Below are positions 53,737-62,623 of a DNA stretch of 64,000 bases, piece after piece. The notes beneath the pieces were generated by a model that was given only the letters and a program-made list of their open reading frames with translations, was not told the DNA's origin and made no database searches. A program made the translations under genes and the position numbers. The first letter of the stretch is position 1. Each line of letters starts with the position of its first letter. This DNA is from Bacteroidota bacterium (GTDB taxonomy: Bacteria > Bacteroidota > Bacteroidia > M30B66): the NCBI GenBank assembly GCA_947460255.1, contig CANHIS010000001.1, positions 12,113-76,112 on the forward strand, in the 5' to 3' direction.

Positions 53737-54838
53737 TACAAACTTGAATCACCCTTTTAATTTCCTCAGGTAACATTACTGGGCTCATTGGCAAGCTAAT
53801 CACATCGTTGTGTATAGCTTCTGAAACTGGATAAACAAGATGATTCAATTCTTTGTAAGCCTGTTGCTTGTGAGGCGGAATTGGGTAATGAACTACCGTT
53901 TGAACTCCTTGATCTGCTAAGTAATCTTTGAACCTATCACGTAAACCATTCTTCAAACGAATGGCGAAAATATGCCAGATGTGCTCACCATAAGATGCTG
54001 CAACTGGAAGCTGGATCAGTGGATTACAAATTTCTGCCAAGTATTGTTGGGCCACTAGATTACGTTTTGCGTTTTCATCATCAAGATGGGATAATTTTAC
54101 CCCAAGCAAGGCTGCTTGGAGCTCATCTAGACGGCTGTTCACTCCTGGATATAAATTCTCGTACTTCACTTTAGAACCATAATTGTGAAGTGCCAATATG
54201 ACCTCTGCCAGTTGGTCATCGTTGGTTGTAATTGCGCCTGCATCTCCGAGGGCTCCAAGATTTTTGCCTGGATAAAAACTAAATCCAGCGGCATCACCAA
54301 GAGCTCCTGCTCTGATGCCTTTGTATTTCGCACCTTGAGATTGTGCAGCATCTTCAATGAGTTTCAGATGATGATTTGCACAAATATCCTTCAGTGGGCT
54401 CATGTCGGCAGTTTGACCATACAGATGTACCGCGAGAACTGCACGTGTTCTTGGCGTGATCAAACGTTCTACTTCAAGAGGATCCAGATTAAAAGTTGCT
54501 TCATCTGGCTCTGCCAAAACAGGCACTAAATTATTTCTTGAAATAGCTAAAACACTTGCTATATAGGTATTTGAAGGCACAATGATCTCATCACCATCCT
54601 TGAAAATCCCCATAGTTTTATAGGCTTCTATAATAAGAATTAGTGCATCTAATCCATTGGCGACTCCAATGCAATGCTTTACACCACAATAAGTTGCGAA
54701 ATCTTTTTCAAACTGCTCGAGTTCCTTTCCTTTGATGAACCAACCTGAATGCAAAACACGATGAAAAGCTTCTATCAGTTCAGATTCATATTGAAGATTG
54801 ATCCCTTTCAGGTCAAGGAATTTAACAGGAATGCTCAT
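53720..54838 (-). CDS. DegT/DnrJ/EryC1/StrS-family PLP-dependent nucleotide-sugar aminotransferase
   Basis: It has the fold-type-I pattern with the PLP lysine in [15 protein letters not shown]. Confidence 0.85.
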   Translation of the reverse strand: MSIPVKFLDLKGINLQYESELIEAFHRVLHSGWFIKGKELEQFEKDFATYCGVKHCIGVANGLDALILIIEAYKTMGIFKDGDEIIVPSNTYIASVLAISRNNLVPVLAEPDEATFNLDPLEVERLITPRTRAVLAVHLYGQTADMSPLKDICANHHLKLIEDAAQSQGAKYKGIRAGALGDAAGFSFYPGKNLGALGDAGAITTNDDQLAEVILALHNYGSKVKYENLYPGVNSRLDELQAALLGVKLSHLDDENAKRNLVAQQYLAEICNPLIQLPVAASYGEHIWHIFAIRLKNGLRDRFKDYLADQGVQTVVHYPIPPHKQQAYKELNHLVYPVSEAIHNDVISLPMSPVMLPEEIKRVIQVCNDFQN

Positions 54839-54840
54839 AA

Positions 54841-55836
54841 TTAAGAATTTAAAGGCTTCTCGTTAGGTTTCATACCAACAGCTTCATCTACCACAAAGTT
54901 TGGTCGATTTCTAGATGCGTCGAGTGTTCTCCAAACATACTCACCAATTATACCTAAGGCAATCATTTGAAATGACGACAGCAATAAAATCACTGCCATC
55001 AATGCCGCCCAACCCTTCACTTCGATGAAGCCACTCAGTCGAGCAAAGATAATTGCAATTCCATAAATGAATGAGATCAGACCCAAACCAATTCCCAAAA
55101 CTGTAATCAACCGAATTGGAAAAAAGGAGAATGACACAAATGCATCAATGAATAGCTTAATCTTTTTAGAAAGAGTCCACCGCGACTTTCCAATTTCACG
55201 TTTTAGTCGTGTATATGAGATGGTCACATAATCGAACTGAAGCCATGCAAAAAGGTAGGTTTGACTTGAGTTTTTTTCTGAAATCTTTACAACTTCGTGT
55301 TGGAGTTGTTTATCGAAGAGTACAACATCGAAACCATTTTCGGGTATGTTTTTCAACGCGTAACGTTTCATCATTTTGTGATAGAAGGAGGCAAAAAGCT
55401 TTTTAAAAAAACCCTCTTCTCGATCAGATCGATTGGCAATTACGAGCTTTACTCCATTCTGCCAATGGCTAAAGAGTCGCGGTATGAGTTCGGGTGGATC
55501 TTGCAAGTCGGCTGCAATCATGCAACAACAATCACCAGTTGCATAGTGCATTCCCGCCAACACAGCATTGTGCGATCCAACGTTACCAGCAAGCTTTATG
55601 ACTTTTACCCTGTCGGGATATTGCAAATGAAAATCGAATAAGCGTTGGTAGGTTTGATCTTTACTTCCATCATCTACAAACACATACTCCACCTCAGTTC
55701 CTTCTGGAAAACCTTTTTCGTTGTCGATCAGTTTGGCAGTTAGCGAAGGAATATTGCCTTCGTTATAGTAACACGGTATAATGATGCTGATTTTACTCAT
55801 TTTCTTCCTTAACTGATTAATACTAGTTGGAAGCAA
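54841..55836 (-). CDS. GT2 polyprenyl-phosphate glycosyltransferase (GtrB/ArnC/DPM1-like) with two C-terminal TM helices
   Basis: [12 protein letters not shown] ... VFVDDGSKD ... AADLQDP are GT-A motifs. It has a C-terminal membrane anchor. Confidence 0.8.
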   Translation of the reverse strand: MLPTSINQLRKKMSKISIIIPCYYNEGNIPSLTAKLIDNEKGFPEGTEVEYVFVDDGSKDQTYQRLFDFHLQYPDRVKVIKLAGNVGSHNAVLAGMHYATGDCCCMIAADLQDPPELIPRLFSHWQNGVKLVIANRSDREEGFFKKLFASFYHKMMKRYALKNIPENGFDVVLFDKQLQHEVVKISEKNSSQTYLFAWLQFDYVTISYTRLKREIGKSRWTLSKKIKLFIDAFVSFSFFPIRLITVLGIGLGLISFIYGIAIIFARLSGFIEVKGWAALMAVILLLSSFQMIALGIIGEYVWRTLDASRNRPNFVVDEAVGMKPNEKPLNS

Positions 55837-56521
55837 TCACCAAAATTTCTGCACAAAGTTCAGGATAATCCTTGCCTAATTCATAGAAAGCCTGAATCAT
55901 ATCTTGTGAAAACCACTGTTCAATTTGACCATTAGCTAAAAATTTCAAAAACACTCCTGTTTCATGGCTGATAGAGAATCCAGCTTCGGTTAGATGAGCT
56001 TTCAACAAATCCATATCATACACTCGTTCATGACCTAACTGAAGGTCGCGTTCGTTGAGGCTATAAATGCTTTCAAGTAAGCCCATTTTCACTGCTACCA
56101 TGCGGTGGAATGACTTGGCATTGGGCACACCTACAATAAACTTACCGCCAGGTGAAAGCCAAGCGAGAATCTGCTTCAACAATGGAACTGGGTCAGCAAT
56201 ATGTTCCAACACATGGTTGAGGATGATGGTATCAAATTTTTCATCCGTTTGAAAATCTTGAAACAAACTACACACTTTCACAAGATTGGGCGCGTCTGCA
56301 ATTTTCTCAACAAGATCAGCAGCACCTTCAACAGCTACTACTCTTTCGAAATCGTTCAACAAAAACCGAGTCATATAACCCGATGATGGCCCTAGCTCTA
56401 AACAGTTTTTACCATGAAAATAAGGCTTCGCAGCCTCATAACAATAGGTAGTTAACTGGTAATCGATTTGCAGAATCTTATTTGAATAGAAACTAGCAAA
56501 ATTGTCAGGATGTGCGCTCAT
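55823..56521 (-). CDS. Class I SAM-dependent methyltransferase
   Basis: It has SAM motif I (CLELGPSSGYMT) and a Methyltransf_11-like layout. Confidence 0.75.
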   Translation of the reverse strand: MSAHPDNFASFYSNKILQIDYQLTTYCYEAAKPYFHGKNCLELGPSSGYMTRFLLNDFERVVAVEGAADLVEKIADAPNLVKVCSLFQDFQTDEKFDTIILNHVLEHIADPVPLLKQILAWLSPGGKFIVGVPNAKSFHRMVAVKMGLLESIYSLNERDLQLGHERVYDMDLLKAHLTEAGFSISHETGVFLKFLANGQIEQWFSQDMIQAFYELGKDYPELCAEILVIASN

Positions 56522-56530
56522 CGAAGAAAA

Positions 56531-57289
56531 TCAAGGATTGTAAATGAGGTAACCAGAATTGGCTCTAAATGGAGAGTGTTTTATTTCAAACGATGATGTT
56601 CCAAGAATTTCGCGCAGAGCTGCAGTTTCTCCCGGCCATTCTTTGTCGTTGATTTCATCAAATCCGATCACTGCACCTCTATTCAAATAAGGTTTAATCG
56701 CCTTTAAACACTCTGCAGTAGGCTTGTAAATGTCGAAATCAAAATAAGCCATCGATATGATAGTTTCTGGATGAGCTTCTAGATACTGGTGAACAGTTTC
56801 AGTTGCATCGCCTTTCACCAATTCGAATTTCTTGATGCTTTCAACAGGAGCTAATTTTTCGTGTGTGAGCAAAATATGCTCTAGATACTGCTCATATCCT
56901 TCAGGCACATTAAAATCTCCTGCCTTCCACTTTTCGGTATCTACTGCTTCAACATCAGGGAATCCAGAAAATGTATCAAAGCCAACAATTTTCCGGTTGT
57001 GATTAAATGGCTCATAAATACCACGCATTGAAGTCAATAGCGCAAGATTTTGCCCATAACGTACTCCAAATTCAAAAATAGACCCATGCAATTTCATTTG
57101 TGCAGTGTATAGTTCTTGCACATATAAAAAACGTGAAAACAAGCGTCGGTCGATGTACAACCCAATATTTAGCAAAATTTCCTCCTTAGGAATTGGTGAG
57201 CTAAATAGCAATTCTTTGAGCTGACTTCTGTTCGCGAAATCCTCAGGATTCAATCGTTTCTGTTGTTCGCTATCGTGGGTAAAATTCAT
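56531..57289 (-). CDS. TylF/MycF-family (macrocin-O-methyltransferase-like) sugar O-methyltransferase
   Basis: FEFGVRYGQN and VGFDTFSGFPD are motifs characteristic of the TylF family. Confidence 0.65.
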   Translation of the reverse strand: MNFTHDSEQQKRLNPEDFANRSQLKELLFSSPIPKEEILLNIGLYIDRRLFSRFLYVQELYTAQMKLHGSIFEFGVRYGQNLALLTSMRGIYEPFNHNRKIVGFDTFSGFPDVEAVDTEKWKAGDFNVPEGYEQYLEHILLTHEKLAPVESIKKFELVKGDATETVHQYLEAHPETIISMAYFDFDIYKPTAECLKAIKPYLNRGAVIGFDEINDKEWPGETAALREILGTSSFEIKHSPFRANSGYLIYNP

Positions 57290-57522
57290 GCGTTTGCTTT
57301 CTTTTGAATGAGGTCAAGTAAAATATGCACCGATTTTATAGATTCGATTTCTTCTGGAGTAAATTGAAAATTCAATTGATCTTCCAATTCAACAATGAGA
57401 TTCAAATGGTTTATAGAATCCCATTCTGGAAGGTTCTCCTTACTTGTTTCCGAATTAATCGAAACATCTGAAGAAAAGGCATTTCTAAATATTTCTTGAA
57501 GCTGTTCGATTGTTATTGCCAT
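57286..57522 (-). CDS. Discrete acyl carrier protein
   Basis: It is a 78-aa acidic four-helix pattern with the phosphopantetheinylation motif LPEWDSINHLNL. Confidence 0.75.
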   Translation of the reverse strand: MAITIEQLQEIFRNAFSSDVSINSETSKENLPEWDSINHLNLIVELEDQLNFQFTPEEIESIKSVHILLDLIQKKANA

Positions 57523-59042
57523 ATCGGGTCTTTTGAAAGTTGAAGATAGAAATCCTCAGCGGGTTTATTTCTATCTGTTTTAACAAATTCGAATTGATTA
57601 ATTGAAAGTCCTTGTTGTTGAAATTCGCTGTAAACATAGTTCAGAAAATCAGATTCGATGCGCCTTCCCAATGCTCTGCAGCTCATTAAAAAATTATGGA
57701 GGATAAAGGATTCGTCGTTTTTCAATAATAAGATAACGCCAACCAAGCCATAATCTCCGTATTTATCGGAAACTCGCAAGGTATATATTCGATTTCCCGA
57801 GGTTGAAAGTTCTAAAATTTCAGCAGGGGAATAAGCAATTTTATTAAAATTAAATTGATTGGTCTTCTGCGTTAATTGGGAAACCCTTTCAAAATCTCCT
57901 GCATCGTTACAACGAATATCCAGTTTGATCGATAAGCTTTTAATGTAATCTTCCATCGAACCAAAAGAGGCTTCATCAAGCTTTCGTGAAGCTTCTTCAA
58001 CATACTGCTGATGCTTTCTCAGGTCTTCAGCACTGAGGTGTTTCCTTTTGAAAAGAAAAGAATCGATGGTTACTAAAAAATCTGAATAATCTTTTTTCAC
58101 CTGAAAAACACTGACTTCAGGAAGCAATGAGCGAACACTTTGGACTTCAAAATCGCTATCATCTAAAAAGATGAGTGAATCCGTTCCAATGTTTAATGCA
58201 ACAGCAATAGAGCGCAAATTCATTGATTTATCCTCCCAATTCACTTTTTTCAAAATGAAATCATCCCATTTCAATGGCATGTTGAGGGTATCGAAAGCTT
58301 CTTTTACATCATTTTCATTATTCTTGGAACAAAGACATAAAAGGAAACCCAAGTTTTTGCGCTCAATTAAAAATTGTTGGAGGTGATAGAATAAAATCCC
58401 TTCGTGACTTAAATCGCAACGAATTCCTGACAATCCATCTTCGCCAATTATCCCATTCCAAAGCGTATTGTCGCAGTCTAATACAATAACTTTTTTCTCT
58501 GGTTGATGAAGGAAATCGGTCCATTGGTTTATCATTGATGCAAAAGCACCAATTGCCCTTTTATTGTAAGGCATCTGATAAAGATGGCCTAACGAATACG
58601 TATAGATATTTGAATATCCGATCAAACGGAATTGTTCATCAATGTTCAGCCAATAAAAGTTCGGCAATACATTAAGTTTTTCAACCTCTTGGTGAAGTAA
58701 CTGCCAAGCATCTTGAACACCATTTATACCTTTCGAAAGTATTGCTTTGGGATAAGGTAGTTCGATTAAATCCGAGCATAAAATATTCACCGATGTGTTC
58801 TTGCACAAAAACTCTATTTGCTTAAGCAATCCTGCAATCTTTTCAGTTGTGTGTTTTTTAAACCGAACATCTGTATGGATTATTATCAAATCATAAGATT
58901 GCAATTTTACCGGTTCGGTTGAATGCAATCCGCCTAAGAGATCCTCATGATAAGCAATTTCAATTTGGTGTTTACCATCTTGTTGGAGCAATTTTGCAAC
59001 GGGCTCCAATACAATATCCGAGAGAAAAAATATTTTCATCAC
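57513..59042 (-). CDS. FkbH-like protein (HAD-superfamily subfamily IIIC) with an N-terminal extension
   Basis: Motifs seen are VIVLDCDNTLWNGIIGEDG, LCSKNNENDV, KVNWEDKSMNL and LIFLDDSDFE. These match the HAD-IIIC/FkbH core. Confidence 0.75.
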   Translation of the reverse strand: MMKIFFLSDIVLEPVAKLLQQDGKHQIEIAYHEDLLGGLHSTEPVKLQSYDLIIIHTDVRFKKHTTEKIAGLLKQIEFLCKNTSVNILCSDLIELPYPKAILSKGINGVQDAWQLLHQEVEKLNVLPNFYWLNIDEQFRLIGYSNIYTYSLGHLYQMPYNKRAIGAFASMINQWTDFLHQPEKKVIVLDCDNTLWNGIIGEDGLSGIRCDLSHEGILFYHLQQFLIERKNLGFLLCLCSKNNENDVKEAFDTLNMPLKWDDFILKKVNWEDKSMNLRSIAVALNIGTDSLIFLDDSDFEVQSVRSLLPEVSVFQVKKDYSDFLVTIDSFLFKRKHLSAEDLRKHQQYVEEASRKLDEASFGSMEDYIKSLSIKLDIRCNDAGDFERVSQLTQKTNQFNFNKIAYSPAEILELSTSGNRIYTLRVSDKYGDYGLVGVILLLKNDESFILHNFLMSCRALGRRIESDFLNYVYSEFQQQGLSINQFEFVKTDRNKPAEDFYLQLSKDPIWQ

Positions 59043-59434
59043 AAATGGTTTGGATCAATTAAAAATTCAACAACCTGTTGATTTCTTGTGTAGTAAAAAA
59101 CAACTTCTTTGCCTTCGAAAAGTATAGCAGGAACGGGGCCTAACACTTTTATCATTCTTAATTGGATGGCGTAATCCTCCGCAATTTTGATGTCGTTCAC
59201 GGTATAACAAAAGTGGTGAAAATGATTCCCGTTCTTTTGCAATGCATTCCACGTAAAAGCTGAATTTCCTAATGGTTGAATCAATTCAATTAAGACATCA
59301 GAATGGTTGTTGTAGAGCGCCAAACGAGCATTTTGTATAGGATCTTCAACACTTGCAACACACTCACCCAATGGATGTTTCTTCGCATACTGAGCAATGT
59401 CGGCCACTACAAATCCTGTATGGTGTAATTTCAT
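59039..59434 (-). CDS. VOC-family (glyoxalase / methylmalonyl-CoA-epimerase-like) protein
   Basis: MKLHHTGFVVADI is a glyoxalase-fold N-terminus. It is 131 aa. Confidence 0.65.
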   Translation of the reverse strand: MKLHHTGFVVADIAQYAKKHPLGECVASVEDPIQNARLALYNNHSDVLIELIQPLGNSAFTWNALQKNGNHFHHFCYTVNDIKIAEDYAIQLRMIKVLGPVPAILFEGKEVVFYYTRNQQVVEFLIDPNHL

Positions 59435-60027
59435 CCTGCGAAGCGAGCAATTAATTGATCAATTTTAGTGTAATTGAAACCTTGATAAGCCTCCTGGGTA
59501 ATTCCTTGGACATGCAAATCGAAATTAGTTTGCGGGTCGAATTCATTTCCACAGTCGGTAAATCCGAACCGGAGATGCTGTCTCCATACAGCTTCATTTG
59601 ATTCTGCAGTGCGGCAATATAGATACTTCAAACCAATCTCTTCAAAAGCAATTTGAAGTATCATTCTTTCGGATTCAACAGCCTGAACGGCTTGTGTACA
59701 AACATATCTGCCAAATTCTCCAGATCCATTTTTAATGTTATAAATGGAAATGGTTCCAACAGGAATTTCATTTAGGTTGAGGATCATGAAATAATGTTGA
59801 TCAGTAGCCTCCAAATTTTTCCGCAACCAAGCCAATTGATCTTCTATTGTAAGGGGCTTGCTGGATGATAAAAATCGATTAATAGATGGATTGTTGCGCA
59901 TTTCAATTATAGCAGCAGCATCTTCTTCAGTAACCGAACGAAGGATGGTATTTTTCCCTTTAAACTGTTTTTTCATTTCGGTATTGAAGAAATTCATCCA
60001 TATCTCTGATGTAATCATTTGCTTCAT
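59431..60027 (-). CDS. GNAT-family N-acyltransferase (RimL/RimJ-like). An alternative start lies near 59976.
   Basis: It has the GNAT fold pattern. The first ATG overlaps the upstream cupin by 68 nt, so an internal start is likely. Confidence 0.7.
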   Translation of the reverse strand: MKQMITSEIWMNFFNTEMKKQFKGKNTILRSVTEEDAAAIIEMRNNPSINRFLSSSKPLTIEDQLAWLRKNLEATDQHYFMILNLNEIPVGTISIYNIKNGSGEFGRYVCTQAVQAVESERMILQIAFEEIGLKYLYCRTAESNEAVWRQHLRFGFTDCGNEFDPQTNFDLHVQGITQEAYQGFNYTKIDQLIARFAG

Positions 60028-60391
60028 AAGTGTGAGAAGCCAGCACTAAGCAAACAGCACCTGAAGAAAAATTAACTTCTTCGGCCCAAACCCCTGGAGG
60101 AATATGCAAGCCCATGTATGGTCGATTAAGCTGCACTTGACGCTTAATAGCTCCATCGAATAGAATGACTTCGAAGCTCCCACAAACTGCAACCAAAAAT
60201 TGATGACATGTGTAATGCGCGTGAGCTCCACGATTTTCACCGCCTGGAATGTCGTATAAATAAAATACACGATTAACGTCAAACGACAAATGACGAGAAT
60301 TCTCTACGTAGGTTAAATTCCCTCTATCGTCTTTGATCTTTGGAAGATAAATCAACTCACAATTGTAAACGGTTGGCAATTTATTATCCAT
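59960..60391 (-). CDS. FdtA/QdtA/WxcM-like cupin (dTDP-4-keto-6-deoxyhexose 3,4-ketoisomerase family), copy 2
   Basis: DDRGNLTYVE ... IPGGENRGAHAHY ... matches the WxcM-like domain. I moved the start to ATG 60391 (MDNKLP), which overlaps the upstream cupin stop in ATGGATAA. Confidence 0.7.
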   Translation of the reverse strand: MDNKLPTVYNCELIYLPKIKDDRGNLTYVENSRHLSFDVNRVFYLYDIPGGENRGAHAHYTCHQFLVAVCGSFEVILFDGAIKRQVQLNRPYMGLHIPPGVWAEEVNFSSGAVCLVLASHTYEANDYIRDMDEFLQYRNEKTV

Positions 60392-60782
60392 GTGCGATAA
60401 AGGATTTAAATTGGTCGTAATCCCTGATATAGTCCGACTCGTCGTAAACTTCAGATGCTGAAACAAGGCAAACTGCGTTGGTAGAAAAATTTTGCAAACT
60501 TCTCCAAGTTCCTGCAGGTAAATACAATGCATTGTATGATCTATTCAAGGAAAAAATCTCCGATCCAGTTCTTCCCTCTACGTGTACATCAAAGCTGCCC
60601 GACAATGCAATTACAATTTCTTGCAATGACTTGTAGGCATGTCCTCCACGTGTTTCACCACCTGGAACATCGTAAATCCAATAAGTACGTTTTATCTCAA
60701 AAGGAATTTGATTAGCACTTTCGAAAAAAGACAGGTTGCCTCTGCGATCTATAATCTTGGGTAATTGTATAATTTTCACCAT
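60384..60782 (-). CDS. FdtA/QdtA/WxcM-like cupin (3,4-ketoisomerase family), copy 1
   Basis: DRRGNLSFFE ... VPGGETRGGHAYK ... matches the WxcM-like domain. Confidence 0.7.
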   Translation of the reverse strand: MVKIIQLPKIIDRRGNLSFFESANQIPFEIKRTYWIYDVPGGETRGGHAYKSLQEIVIALSGSFDVHVEGRTGSEIFSLNRSYNALYLPAGTWRSLQNFSTNAVCLVSASEVYDESDYIRDYDQFKSFIAHG

Positions 60783-60798
60783 GCCTGAAACTAATGCA

Positions 60799-60806
60799 CA
60801 AATATA
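60799..60806 (-). promoter_or_regulatory. Bacteroidetes -7 promoter element (TAtaTTTG) driving the cupin-to-GtrA operon
   Basis: The minus strand reads TATATTTG, 16 nt upstream of the ATG at 60782. This sits in a 330-bp AT-rich spacer. Confidence 0.45.
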
Positions 60807-61112
60807 TAAAGTTCGATGATGCTTCCTAAGGCTTAATGATGATTGTAAATGATGTGAATTTCTTTAAAAACAAGTGGCAAATCGATTTAAAAATCATGAG
60901 GAAAACAAAATCGAAAGGATCACTTATTATTGGGGAATGTAGATTTGTAAAACAATAAATTCATGAAGAACAAAGACTTTTCAGACCCTTATAAACCAAC
61001 TTGAGTTTCAACTTCGATTTTCAAGACTACTACAATTAGGTCAGAAAGACCAAAGCTGCATGCGATCTTTTGAGATCGATATTGTCATCAAATCAGACAC
61101 AAAAATCAAACT

Positions 61113-61994
61113 CTATGATTTAATGTTAATTAAACTCGAATGTTCACTAATCCTGAAACACATCCTCGAAAAATCGAACACTCTTTTATTTCTGTTAAAT
61201 AATAAAAGACCTAACAAACTGAATAATATTAAAAAGAAAAATGTAAGAATATAAAACCATTTTGAACCTAAAGATAAACTAGTCAAAACAACTACGCTAA
61301 AAAATGAAATCAAGAGAAACACACCTTTAACACTTGAAAAGAATGCCTCTAAAGCATAATTAACCTTCCTGAAAAACGTCCACTGCGATTTCCCCCTCTT
61401 TCTTGCCCGGCGTTCATAAGGCAAAAATGATTTAATGGCATTTAACTGAATAACATCGCCTTGGAGAAAACTCCTACCAGTTCTGATGCAATTAAATTCA
61501 TCAATTGCTTTACGATCCAAGCCGAAGAAATCAAACCCTCCAAATGGTATTCTTGGATAAATTAACCTAATCGACTTATAGAAAGCTGCCGAGAAAAACC
61601 GGTCTATCCAACGATCTTCCCGTGAAGTTCTAAAACAAATAATCACTTCAAAGCAAGCTTCCCAGCTTCTCAAGATCTCTTGAATCATCTCTACTGGATC
61701 TTGCAAATCGGCCGACATAACAACTGCTAAATCCCCTTTACAGTGCTTCAAACCAGCCTGAATAGCAGGAACTTGACCGTAATTTCTATCAAATGATAAA
61801 TATTGAACGCGTGAATCATTGGAATTTAATTTCTTGATGATTTCCAACGATTCGTCATCAGATCCATCATCAACAAAAATCAATTCGGGTTTTAAGTCAG
61901 GCTGTTTGTTAAACACACCTAGCAATTCACTGTACAGCTCTATTAAAGTAGAAGCGTTGCGAAAAACAGGAACAACTACCGAAACAATCTTCAT
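61113..61994 (-). CDS. GT2 polyprenyl-phosphate glycosyltransferase (GtrB/ArnC-like), second copy, with C-terminal TM helices
   Basis: VVVPVFRNASTL ... IFVDDGSDDES ... SADLQDP are GT-A motifs. It has C-terminal hydrophobic helices. Confidence 0.8.
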   Translation of the reverse strand: MKIVSVVVPVFRNASTLIELYSELLGVFNKQPDLKPELIFVDDGSDDESLEIIKKLNSNDSRVQYLSFDRNYGQVPAIQAGLKHCKGDLAVVMSADLQDPVEMIQEILRSWEACFEVIICFRTSREDRWIDRFFSAAFYKSIRLIYPRIPFGGFDFFGLDRKAIDEFNCIRTGRSFLQGDVIQLNAIKSFLPYERRARKRGKSQWTFFRKVNYALEAFFSSVKGVFLLISFFSVVVLTSLSLGSKWFYILTFFFLILFSLLGLLLFNRNKRVFDFSRMCFRISEHSSLINIKS

Positions 61995-62623
61995 TTTCTT
62001 GTAACAATTCTTGCAGGATTACCATAAGCCATCACGCCATTGGGAAGATCTTTTGTAACTACCGAACCTGCACCAACAGTAACGAAATCGCCAATCTTCA
62101 CGCCTGGTAAAACAATTGATCCCGCTCCTAGAAAAGATTGTGTACCAACTTTAGACTTGCCCAATAACTTGACTCCAGGCCCAATTTCAGCAAAATCGCC
62201 AACGCTCACTTGATGGGTAACCATGCTGCCTAAATTGAGAATAACTCCTTTTCCAATTGAGCAAGTCGGCTCAACTATCGCTTGTGCTAAACAAATAACT
62301 CCCGATAGATTGTTCAATAAACCAGTTGGTAAAACAGCTGATGGATCAATTACAGAAGTGAGCGTCCCTCCAATTTTTTCAAACCGCTCGCACATTTCAG
62401 CTCTATTCGTTCTAACGCCCGTGCCTAAACAAAACCTATTATCTACGGTTTCCAAATAGTGTTTTGCCAATTGTACAGACCTCAACAATTTAAACTGTTG
62501 ATTTAAATGCGTATCGACTTGAAATTCAGGATCGCAGAAAAAAGCTGGATTTAATGTAGCATCCATTCGTTGCATGGCGAACAAAACCTGATTGGCAAAA
62601 CCTCCTGCACCTAAAATTAACAT
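61991..62623 (-). CDS. NeuD/PglD-family hexapeptide-repeat sugar N-acetyltransferase
   Basis: It has an N-terminal Rossmann-like MLILGAGGFANQV and a C-terminal left-handed beta-helix of hexapeptide repeats. Confidence 0.75.
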   Translation of the reverse strand: MLILGAGGFANQVLFAMQRMDATLNPAFFCDPEFQVDTHLNQQFKLLRSVQLAKHYLETVDNRFCLGTGVRTNRAEMCERFEKIGGTLTSVIDPSAVLPTGLLNNLSGVICLAQAIVEPTCSIGKGVILNLGSMVTHQVSVGDFAEIGPGVKLLGKSKVGTQSFLGAGSIVLPGVKIGDFVTVGAGSVVTKDLPNGVMAYGNPARIVTRK

